Below are positions 27,357 to 34,759 of a stretch of 64,000 bases of DNA, piece after piece; positions within the stretch are counted from its first letter, which is position 1, and the number at the start of each line of letters is the position of its first letter. Origin of the DNA: Acidimicrobiales bacterium. Lineage in GTDB: Bacteria > Actinomycetota > Acidimicrobiia > Acidimicrobiales > AC-9. Location of the stretch: contig JBPYEI010000102.1 of the NCBI GenBank assembly GCA_051985455.1, forward strand, positions 5,356 to 69,355, given 5' to 3'. A program made the position numbers and the translations under genes. The notes beneath the pieces were generated by a model, which saw nothing but the letters and a program-made list of their open reading frames with translations, searched no databases and was not told the DNA's origin.

Positions 27357-28129
27357 CGTCGGCGGCGCCTACGGATGAGGAGCAGGAGGATGGCCACCAG
27401 CGCCACCGCGGCTGCCGGGGCGGCCCTGCGGGCCAGCGATCCTCCCGCCACGTCGATGAGGTCGACGGGCTCGGCGGGCGCGGTCTCGGGCCGGCGTATC
27501 GTGGGCTGTCCGGCTCCGTCCGTGCCCGGGGTGGCGGGGGCGCCGTTGGTGATGGGCCCACTGGCGGTCTCATCGTCCTGTGGCCCGCCTACCGGACCGC
27601 CGGACGGCGCTTGGGTGGGCTCCGCTTGGCCGACGGGCTCGCTGGCGGCAGCGGCTGCGGAGGCCGGCTCGGCGGATGCTTCGACGCGGCCCAGGACGGT
27701 CGTCTCGAGACAGTCGACGAACTGGCCCAACAGCTTGGTGCTGACGTCGGCCAGCACGCCCCGACCGAACTGGGCCACGCGTCCCGTCACGGCGAGATCG
27801 GTGACGATGGCGACGCGGGTGCCGCCGGGATCGGGGTGCAGCGAGGCGCTGATCGTGGCGCTGGCATTGCCCTGGCCCCTCGTCTCGCGACCCTCGGCCT
27901 TCAACACGGCGCGCAGGCCGGGAACGTCTCGCTCGACGAAGCTGGCCCGGCCCTTGTACTGCGCCGTGATGGGCCCGACCTTCACCTTTACGACGCCGCG
28001 GTACTCGTCCCCCTCGACCTCCTGGAGCTCGGCCCCGGGCATGCACGGGGCGATGCGCTCCACGTCGGTCAGCAGGGCCCAGGCCTGCTCGGTCGGCACA
28101 CCTACGGTGAACTCGTTGGTCAACTCCAC
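27353..28129 (-). CDS. coxG: CoxG-like SRPBCC protein with low-complexity linker and C-terminal TM tail anchor
   Basis: VELTNEFTVGVPTEQAWALLTDVERIAPCMPGAEL...ITAQYKG. GTG at 28129 is preferred over ATG at 28177. The C-terminus is AAPAAAVALVAILLLLIRRRRRR. Confidence 0.75.
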   Translation of the reverse strand: MELTNEFTVGVPTEQAWALLTDVERIAPCMPGAELQEVEGDEYRGVVKVKVGPITAQYKGRASFVERDVPGLRAVLKAEGRETRGQGNASATISASLHPDPGGTRVAIVTDLAVTGRVAQFGRGVLADVSTKLLGQFVDCLETTVLGRVEASAEPASAAAAASEPVGQAEPTQAPSGGPVGGPQDDETASGPITNGAPATPGTDGAGQPTIRRPETAPAEPVDLIDVAGGSLARRAAPAAAVALVAILLLLIRRRRRR

Positions 28130-28680
28130 TGTCTCAGGTCCTCCACCGTGTCTACGTCGGCTGGATCCCCCGGGCACGCTACCTCGCGCACCAACTCGGG
28201 CCGGCTGGCCATGACGGCCCGCGCCCCCTGGTCACCCGTGACCGGGACCAGTGGCCACACCGAGCGGGCGAGCCGGACCGGGTTGCGACGCCGTCCGGCG
28301 TAGGTCGCCACCGCGATCGGAGCACCGGTCGAGCTCGCCACCGCCCGCCAGGCGTCGGCCGGAACGAGGGGCTGGTCACCAAGACCGACGACGGCGGCGC
28401 CGTGACCCCGGCGCTCGCACCAGTCCAGCCCGACGCGCAGAGAGCTGGCCAGGCCCGAGGGCCAACCCTCGTTGTCGAGGACCGTGACGTCGGCCGGGAC
28501 CACGGCAGACAGGTCCACCGACCCGCTCACCACGATGGTCTCGTCGAGTCCGGCGCCGAGGGCGGCGTCGACGGCCCACGCGATGAGCGGCCGGGCGCGA
28601 AAGGAGGCCAGCAGCTTGCTCGTCTCCCCCACGAAACGGCTGCCCCCACCGGCGGCCAGGATCACCGCCGCGGTGGTCAC
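28120..28680 (-). CDS. mocA: MobA/MocA-like molybdenum cofactor nucleotidyl(cytidylyl)transferase
   Basis: GTG at 28680: VTTAAVILAAGGGSRF...GLGDQP. The upstream part of the 320-aa track ORF is out of frame over the cyclase gene. Confidence 0.75.
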   Translation of the reverse strand: MTTAAVILAAGGGSRFVGETSKLLASFRARPLIAWAVDAALGAGLDETIVVSGSVDLSAVVPADVTVLDNEGWPSGLASSLRVGLDWCERRGHGAAVVGLGDQPLVPADAWRAVASSTGAPIAVATYAGRRRNPVRLARSVWPLVPVTGDQGARAVMASRPELVREVACPGDPADVDTVEDLRQWS

Positions 28681-28705
28681 GGGTCCGTGTCGTCTCGAGT
28701 TGGTC

Positions 28706-29998
28706 TCAGGCCGACCACGCCACCGGGTAGAGCACCTGGGGGGCCGAGATTCCCTTGAGCTCGACCTGCCGGGGCTCCCCGAAGCAGAACTCGCCCGAGC
28801 TGTCTGCCAGCTCGTGGATGAGGCTCGATACCAGGATCTCGCCGGCCTGGGCCTGTGCCGTGATGCGGCTGGCCATGATGACGCTCCGGCCCAGGAAATC
28901 GTCACCCTGGCGCACCGCTTCACCTGTGTGCAGTCCGAGGTGGACGTCGATGCGCTCCTCCGCAAAGGTGGCGTTGCGTTCGGCGAAGGCCCGCTGGATG
29001 GCGATGGCGCAGCGCAGGGCGCTGCCGGCGCCGCCGAAGGCGACCATGAAGCCGTCGCCCTGCGCCTTGACTTCGTAGCCACCGTGGCTCGCCACCTGGC
29101 TGCGCACCATCTTGTTGTGCGTCGCCAGCAGCTCGCCCGCCCGCAGGTCGCCCAGCCGTTCGGTCATCGGCGTGTACCCGGCGATGTCGCTGAACAGGAT
29201 CGTGACCGTGCCGTCGGGAGCCGTCGGGAGGTCCTCGGGCTCGGCGAACGTGTCAGGCTCAGCCGGGTCGGACCCCATGCCGTAGTGACGCTCGGTCCTG
29301 TGTCGGTGCCGTACATCGCGGCGAGCCTGCTTCCAGGTCTCGTGTGCCTGGGCGTGGACGTCAGCCGCCGCACCGAGCGCCCCGGCGACGTCGTCGCGCT
29401 CGATCATGCCCCGCAGCTTCTCCTTGAGGCCCTTGCTGCGCACGGTGACCCCGCCCATGACCGGAAAGGCGCGGACCCGGACCCTCGGGGCGCCGGGCGT
29501 GATCGGCACGTCGCGGACCTTGAGGTCCTTGCCCCCCATGATCGGGATACCGGTCAGGTCCACGTCGATGCCCTCGGGCACGATGATGTCGACGCCGCCC
29601 CAGAACGCCACCGCCGTGATCACGAGCTCCTCGCCGTCGATCTCGGCCTGGCGCAGATCGAGCTCGCAACCGCCCATGATCGCAATCGCCTTGGTATGGG
29701 GGTGCGGACGCCAGCGGCCGGTGCGGCGCGAGCCGCTCATGATGGCGACCGTCCAGCCCTTGGCGGGGCGACGCTGTCGCTCGGGCACCGGCGTCTGCAC
29801 GGCGGGCAGGTCGGACATCACGTGCTGGAGGTCGACCTGGGTGCGGGCGTCGAAGACGAGCCCGACCCGCTCGGAGAACTCGTCGAGGGTCAGGCGCCCG
29901 TCGGCGGTGTGCCGTCGGAGAAGCTCGACGGCCTGGTTGCGATCGGCGTCAGCGATGCGGATGACCGGATGGCCCTCGTCGGAGGGTGGCTGCTCCAT
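28706..29998 (-). CDS. Class III adenylate/guanylate cyclase with N-terminal DUF1707 (SHOCT-like) and LiaF-C-like domains
   Basis: N-terminal part: IRIADADRNQAVELLRRHTADGRLTLDEFSERV. Middle: IMGGCELDLRQAEIDGEELVITAVAFWGGVDIIVPEG. C-terminal part: TILFSDIAGYT...GDGFMVAF...GLHTGE. Confidence 0.8.
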   Translation of the reverse strand: MEQPPSDEGHPVIRIADADRNQAVELLRRHTADGRLTLDEFSERVGLVFDARTQVDLQHVMSDLPAVQTPVPERQRRPAKGWTVAIMSGSRRTGRWRPHPHTKAIAIMGGCELDLRQAEIDGEELVITAVAFWGGVDIIVPEGIDVDLTGIPIMGGKDLKVRDVPITPGAPRVRVRAFPVMGGVTVRSKGLKEKLRGMIERDDVAGALGAAADVHAQAHETWKQARRDVRHRHRTERHYGMGSDPAEPDTFAEPEDLPTAPDGTVTILFSDIAGYTPMTERLGDLRAGELLATHNKMVRSQVASHGGYEVKAQGDGFMVAFGGAGSALRCAIAIQRAFAERNATFAEERIDVHLGLHTGEAVRQGDDFLGRSVIMASRITAQAQAGEILVSSLIHELADSSGEFCFGEPRQVELKGISAPQVLYPVAWSA

Positions 29999-30002
29999 GT
30001 CT

Positions 30003-30863
30003 TCAGTCTGCTCCAGCCGGGGCTCGCACGCGCTCGTCCGGGCGGGGCGGATGGATCGGACCCTCGGCGTCGCGCAGGGACGGTGCCCGGCGCCCCGTGC
30101 GCAGCGAGATGATCTCGGCCGCGACCGAGACGGCCGTCTCCTCCGGTGTGCGGGCGCCGATGTCGAGACCGATCGGGCTCATCACCCGGGCCAGGTCCTC
30201 GTCCGTGGCGCCCGCCTCCCGGAGCCGAGCGACGCGCTCGTCATGCGTCCGCCGCGAGCCCATCGCACCGACGTAGCCGGCGTCGGTGGCGAGGGCGGCC
30301 ATGACGGCGGGCACGTCGAACTTGGAGTCGTGGGTGAGCACGCACACTGCGTCGCGCTGACCCAGCTGCGGTCCGACCTTGGCCAGGTGACGGTCGGGCC
30401 AGTCCACCACGACCTCGTCCGCCGTCGGGAAGCGGGCCCGGGTGGCGAAGACCGCTCGAGCGTCGCACACGGTGACCCTGTACCCGAGCAGCTTGGCGAC
30501 CCTGGCCAGGGCTGCGGTGAAGTCGACGGCGCCGAAGATCACCATGCTCGGCGGTGCCGCGAAGGCCTCCACGAAGACGGCCACCTCCCGCTGGCGGGCT
30601 TCACCGTGGCGGCCGTAGTGACGGGTGGACGTCGTCGCCGCCGTCAGCGCGCCGAGGGCGTCGCGCGCCACGACCCGATCCAGCGCCTCGTCTCCGAGCG
30701 ACCCCAGTGGGGGCTGGTCAGGTCGCACGAGCACCTTGGCGCCGAGCGCCAGGTCCGGCCCCTCGCCGCCGTCGGTACCCTCGGCCGCCACCTCGACGAT
30801 CGTCGCCAGGGCCACCGGCTCTTCTGCCCGCAGGGCATCGCGGAGCGTCTCGTACAGGCTCAC
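30003..30863 (-). CDS. xdhC: XdhC/CoxI-family molybdoenzyme maturation protein (full length: N-domain + Rossmann domain)
   Basis: GTG at 30863 (GTGA overlap with the upstream stop). VALATIVEV...LGSLGD...MVIFGAVDFTAALARVAKLLGYRVTVCDAR...GAMGSRRTH...SPIGLDIGARTPEE. Confidence 0.8.
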   Translation of the reverse strand: MSLYETLRDALRAEEPVALATIVEVAAEGTDGGEGPDLALGAKVLVRPDQPPLGSLGDEALDRVVARDALGALTAATTSTRHYGRHGEARQREVAVFVEAFAAPPSMVIFGAVDFTAALARVAKLLGYRVTVCDARAVFATRARFPTADEVVVDWPDRHLAKVGPQLGQRDAVCVLTHDSKFDVPAVMAALATDAGYVGAMGSRRTHDERVARLREAGATDEDLARVMSPIGLDIGARTPEETAVSVAAEIISLRTGRRAPSLRDAEGPIHPPRPDERVRAPAGAD

Positions 30864-31177
30864 CAGTCCAGCGGCTCCACCAGCACCTGAATGGTGCCGC
30901 CGCAGGTGAGGCCGACGGCGAACGCCTCGTCGTCGGAGTAGCCGAAGGTGCACACCCGGGCCTTGCCGTCGCTGCCCAACACGTCCAGCGCCTCGCTCAC
31001 GACCGCGCCTTCGACACAGCCACCCGACACCGAGCCGGCCACCTCGCCGTCCTCGCTGACGGCCATGGCCGCACCGGGCCCCCGAGGTCCCGACCCCTCG
31101 ACGCCGACGACGCGGGCCAGGGCGACCCGTCGCCCCGAGCTGCGCCACTGCTCGATGTCGTCGAGCACGTCTCTCAT
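30860..31177 (-). CDS. Stand-alone XdhC/CoxI N-terminal domain protein
   Basis: MRDVLDDIEQWRSSGRRVALARVVGVEGSGPRGPGAAMAV...GSVSGGCVEGAV...FAVGLTCGGTIQVLVE. ATGA overlap with the coxE stop. Confidence 0.7.
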   Translation of the reverse strand: MRDVLDDIEQWRSSGRRVALARVVGVEGSGPRGPGAAMAVSEDGEVAGSVSGGCVEGAVVSEALDVLGSDGKARVCTFGYSDDEAFAVGLTCGGTIQVLVEPLDW

Positions 31178-32286
31178 CGGGCCACCACCTCCACGAGGTT
31201 CTCCAGCGAGGCCACGGAATGACCTTCGACGAAATCATCGACGTACGGGAGCGCCGCCGCCATGCCCCGGGCCAGCGGGGCGTAGCCGGGCGACGCCTTG
31301 AGCGGGTTGACCCATACCACCCGGTGCGCGACCCGACGCAGCCTGGCCATCTCGCCAGCGAGCACGCTCGGGTCGCCCCGATCCCACCCGTCAGAGAGGA
31401 TCACCACCACCGCGCCGCGGGCGAGACCCCGCACGCCCCAGCGGTCGTTGAAGGCCCGCATGCCCTCGCCCAGTCGCGTGCCGCCGGACCAGTCCACAAC
31501 GGCGGTCGCCGCCTGCCGCAGAGCGGCGTCGGGATCGCGGGCCGACAGCTGGCGCGTCAGGCGCGTGAGCCGGGTCCCGACGGCAAAGGCCTCGACCCGC
31601 GACCCGCTGGCCACGGCGGCGTGAAGGAACCGCAGCAGGGCCCTCGCGTAGGGCTCCATGGAGCCGCTCACGTCGCACAGCAGGACGACCCGGCGGGCCC
31701 GCCGGCCGGGCTCGAGGCGGGCCCGGCGGACCGGCTCGCCTCCCGCTCGCAGCGCGCCGCGAACGGTGCGGCGGAGATCGGGCCGCCCCCGGTCCCGGCG
31801 GGCCGGCTGCAGGCGACGGGAGCGGCGCAGAGCGGCGCGCAGCCGCAGGTCGGCCATGAGTCGGCGGGCCTCCGCCAGCTCGGCGGGCGAGCAGTCGGCG
31901 AAGTCCTTGTGGCGCAGCAGCTCGGTGGGGCTGTAGCGGACCGTGAGGGTCGGGCCCGGAGGCTCGGCGGGCGTCTCCGACGACGCCAACGCGTCGTCGG
32001 CGTCGTCGGTCAGCAGGGTCAGGGTCACGGACTCGGGCTGGTCGACCGCCGCCGACTCCTCGCCCAGCCAGAAGGCGGCGAAGGCGCGGTCGTACACAGG
32101 CACGTCCTCGGGGCGGGCGACGAGCGTCGCCCGCCCCGCCCAGTAGACGGGACGCTGGCGCTCGACGCCCAGGGCCCCCAGGGCCTGGGCGTAGCTGACC
32201 ACCGAGCCGACGGGCACATCGAGGCCCGCACCTCGCAGGACCTGTGCGAAGGCGACCGCTGTGCGGTCGCCTTCGATGACGCTCAC
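31174..32286 (-). CDS. coxE: VWA-domain CoxE-like protein
   Basis: GTG at 32286 (GTGA overlap with the coxD stop). VVLLCDVSGSM (MIDAS), VVILSDGWD, VWVNPL. Confidence 0.8.
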   Translation of the reverse strand: MSVIEGDRTAVAFAQVLRGAGLDVPVGSVVSYAQALGALGVERQRPVYWAGRATLVARPEDVPVYDRAFAAFWLGEESAAVDQPESVTLTLLTDDADDALASSETPAEPPGPTLTVRYSPTELLRHKDFADCSPAELAEARRLMADLRLRAALRRSRRLQPARRDRGRPDLRRTVRGALRAGGEPVRRARLEPGRRARRVVLLCDVSGSMEPYARALLRFLHAAVASGSRVEAFAVGTRLTRLTRQLSARDPDAALRQAATAVVDWSGGTRLGEGMRAFNDRWGVRGLARGAVVVILSDGWDRGDPSVLAGEMARLRRVAHRVVWVNPLKASPGYAPLARGMAAALPYVDDFVEGHSVASLENLVEVVAR

Positions 32287-33224
32287 GCCCCGCGGGTGGC
32301 CGCGGCGCGCACGAGGTCGGCCACCCCGGCCGAGCGGACACGCTCGGCGTCCTCGCGGTACTTGAGCACGCTGCCCAGCGTGCGGGTGACGGCGTCCTCG
32401 TCGAGCGTCGAGCGGCCGAGGGCAGCCAGAGCCTGGGCCCAGTCGATCGTCTCCGCCACGCCGGGCGGCTTGTAGAGCCCCATCTCCCGCAGCTGCTCGA
32501 CGGCGGCAGCCACTTGCTGGGCCAGCAGCTCGGCCACCCCAGGGGCGCGGAGCCTGACGATCGCCACCTCCCGCTCGAAGTCGGGGTGCTCCACCCAGTG
32601 GTACAGACACCGACGCTTCAGGGCGTCGTGAACGTCGCGGGTGCGGTTGGAGGTGATGACGACCACCGGAGGTGTCTCGGCCCGGAACGTGCCGAGCTCG
32701 GGGACGGTCACGGCGTAGTCCGACAGGATCTCCAACAGGAACGCCTCGAACTCATCGTCGGCCCGGTCGATCTCGTCGATCAGCAACACCGGAGGGGGTC
32801 GGTCGACGGCACCTTCGGTGCCGCTCGACCGGCCCCCGGCAGAGGCGGGGGCGATGGCCAGGAGCAGCGGCCGGCGCACCAGGAAACGCTCGGAGTACAG
32901 CTCGTCCTCGAGATCCGGTCCGGGGGGCTCGCCTGCGGCGGCCCCCCGGACCTCGGCCGTGCGCAGGTGAAGGAGCTGGCGGGAGTAATCCCATTCGTAG
33001 ACCGCCTGGGCCACGTCGATGCCCTCGTAGCACTGGAGCCTGACCAGCTCGCCCCCCGTCCAGCGCGACAGCACCTTGGCGACCTCGGTCTTGCCCACGC
33101 CGGCCTCGCCCTCGAGCAGGAGGGGCCGGCGCAGGACGATGGCCAGGTACACCGCCGTGGCCAGGCCCTCGTCGGCCAGGTACTCGTGGGTAGCGAGCGC
33201 CTCCCGGACGCCGTCAGGATCCAT
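32283..33224 (-). CDS. coxD: MoxR-type AAA+ ATPase (CoxD-like)
   Basis: LLLEGEAGVGKT (Walker A), VLLIDEIDRAD (Walker B), ITSNRTR. Confidence 0.9.
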   Translation of the reverse strand: MDPDGVREALATHEYLADEGLATAVYLAIVLRRPLLLEGEAGVGKTEVAKVLSRWTGGELVRLQCYEGIDVAQAVYEWDYSRQLLHLRTAEVRGAAAGEPPGPDLEDELYSERFLVRRPLLLAIAPASAGGRSSGTEGAVDRPPPVLLIDEIDRADDEFEAFLLEILSDYAVTVPELGTFRAETPPVVVITSNRTRDVHDALKRRCLYHWVEHPDFEREVAIVRLRAPGVAELLAQQVAAAVEQLREMGLYKPPGVAETIDWAQALAALGRSTLDEDAVTRTLGSVLKYREDAERVRSAGVADLVRAAATRGA

Positions 33225-33280
33225 ACGGTCCCAATTCTCCCATCGCCGGCCCGGCTATCCGACCGTCGGCGTTTTGGTCG

Positions 33281-33303
33281 GGTTCCATGTTTGGTCGAAA
33301 GTG
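33281..33303 (+). repeat. Copy A of the dispersed ~20-bp motif GTTCCAYRTNNGGTCGAAA
   Basis: GGTTCCATGTTTGGTCGAAAGTG, read directly. See copies at 33408, 33446, 56086 and 56173, and a weaker one at 51834. Confidence 0.6.
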
Positions 33304-33407
33304 GGCGCTGCGCTCGGGCGTGACCTGGGCTTTTCCGTCCAGATGGGCGACGAAAGGGTCGTCAGTGCCGCAACCGGGGCGCACCGACAGGCGCCGGAGG
33401 TCGTGCG

Positions 33408-33466
33408 GTTCCATATGTCGTCGAAAATGCGCCGTCGAGACGGCGCTTTCGACCAAACGTGAAACG
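33408..33466. repeat. Copies B and C of the same motif in inverted orientation, forming a 59-nt imperfect palindrome
   Basis: GGTTCCATATGTCGTCGAAAATGCGCCGTC-GA-GACGGCGCTTTCGACCAAACGTGAAACG. The arms pair apart from small bulges and mismatches. Confidence 0.6.
33420..33453 (-). terminator. Candidate intrinsic terminator after coxM (core of the palindrome)
   Basis: On the minus strand: GUCGAAAGCGCCGUC-UC-GACGGCGC followed by AUUUUCGAC. The GC-rich stem plus short U-run starts 21 nt after the coxM stop (33474). The U-tract is only 4 nt. Confidence 0.35.
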
Positions 33467-33473
33467 ACCACTT

Positions 33474-34292
33474 TCAGCCAGCTGATTGCTCGAGCGCCCG
33501 CCTCACGAGGACGGTCGCCAGGTGGCGACGGAAGGCGGGGCTGGCGTTCACGTCGCCCGGGGGGTCGGTCCCCTCGGCGGCCACGGCGGCGGCGTCGGCG
33601 GCGGACGCGCCCGATGCCAGCGCCGCCTCGGTGGCCGAGGCCCGCAGCGGCGTCGAGCCCATGTGGACCAGGGCGACACCAGTGGTGGAGTTGCGCACGG
33701 CGGCGACGCCCACGATGGCCCAGTCCTGGGCCCGGCGGTTGAACTTCTGGTAGGACCAGCCGCCGGTCGCCTTGGGGACCCGGATCTCGGTCAGCACCTC
33801 GTCAGAGCGGAGCGCCGTCTGCAGGAAGCCCTCGAAGAACGACTGGGCCGGGATCGTGCGCTCGCCCCCCGGGCCCCGAGCCACGAGCGTGCCACCGAGG
33901 GCGAGAACCACAGCGGGCAGGTCCGAGGCCGGGTCGCCGTGCGCCACCGAGCCACCGATCGTTCCCCGGTGGCGGACCTGTGGATCTCCCACCCGCGCCG
34001 CCACGTGGGCGAGGATCGGCACCTGGGCGGCCAGCAGCTCCGACGTCTCCAGGTCCCGGTGGCGGGTGAGGGCGCCGATGACGACGTGGTCACCGGCGTC
34101 GCGGACGTACGAGAGGTCGCTCAGCCGCCCGATGTCGACGAGCACGGACGGCACGGCGAGGCGGAGCTTCATGAGCGGCAACAGCGAGTGACCCCCGGCC
34201 AGCAGCTTGGCCTCGTCGCCGTGCTCGGCGAGGAGGCCGAGAGCCTCGTCGACCGACGTCACCCGCTGGTAGTCGAACGCAGCCGGGATCAT
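33474..34292 (-). CDS. coxM: Molybdoenzyme FAD-binding medium subunit (CoxM-like)
   Basis: ATG at 34292 (ATGA overlap with the coxS stop). MIPAAFDY...[15 protein letters not shown]...[15 protein letters not shown]. Confidence 0.9.
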   Translation of the reverse strand: MIPAAFDYQRVTSVDEALGLLAEHGDEAKLLAGGHSLLPLMKLRLAVPSVLVDIGRLSDLSYVRDAGDHVVIGALTRHRDLETSELLAAQVPILAHVAARVGDPQVRHRGTIGGSVAHGDPASDLPAVVLALGGTLVARGPGGERTIPAQSFFEGFLQTALRSDEVLTEIRVPKATGGWSYQKFNRRAQDWAIVGVAAVRNSTTGVALVHMGSTPLRASATEAALASGASAADAAAVAAEGTDPPGDVNASPAFRRHLATVLVRRALEQSAG

Positions 34293-34759
34293 ACGAGTGC
34301 CTCTCTCGCTCCGGCGGCGGCGAGGACCGCCTTCACGATGTTGTGGTAGCCCGTGCAGCGGCACAGGTTGCCTTCCAGACCCTCCCGCACCTCGGTCTCG
34401 GTCGGATCGGGACGTTCCGCGAGCAGGGACGTGGCGGCCATGACCATCCCGGGAGTGCAGTACCCGCACTGGAGGGCGTGGTGCTCCCGGAACGCTTCCT
34501 GGACGGGAGTCATGGCGCCGTCGCCGGCCAGGCCCTCGATGGTCGTGATCTCGGTCCCATCGGCCTGGACGGCCAGCACCGTGCACGACTTCACCGACTC
34601 GCGGTCCATCAGCACGGTGCAGGCGCCGCACGACGAGGTGTCGCAGCCGACGTTCGTACCGGTGAGACCCAGCACCTGGCGGATGTAGTGCACCAGCAGG
34701 AGGCGGGGTTCGACCTCGTGGTCCTGGCTCGCACCGTTGACACGGAGGCGGACCCTCAT
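34289..34759 (-). CDS. coxS: [2Fe-2S] small subunit (CoxS-like)
   Basis: ATG at 34759 (ATGA overlap with the coxL stop). [12 protein letters not shown] and QCGYCTPG...CRCTGY cluster motifs. Confidence 0.9.
   Translation of the reverse strand: MRVRLRVNGASQDHEVEPRLLLVHYIRQVLGLTGTNVGCDTSSCGACTVLMDRESVKSCTVLAVQADGTEITTIEGLAGDGAMTPVQEAFREHHALQCGYCTPGMVMAATSLLAERPDPTETEVREGLEGNLCRCTGYHNIVKAVLAAAGAREALV

Noticed and set aside
24786-28214. 1142-aa plus-strand ORF, the longest in the track for this region
   Set aside because: It runs antisense to four well-supported minus-strand genes (aminotransferase, DUF501-Ppx, CoxG, MocA start). Its composition is Arg/Pro/Gly/Ala-dominated with no motifs. This is a typical stop-poor antisense artefact of very GC-rich DNA.
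33214-33471. 85-aa minus-strand ORF exactly filling the coxM-coxD spacer, with an internal HFRxxMEP duplication
   Set aside because: The duplication is just the translated DNA motif. At the second locus (56.18 kb) the same motif in the same frame contains a stop. Codon usage at both ends of the ORF is poor. I interpret the region as non-coding repeat/terminator DNA, though a small protein cannot be excluded.
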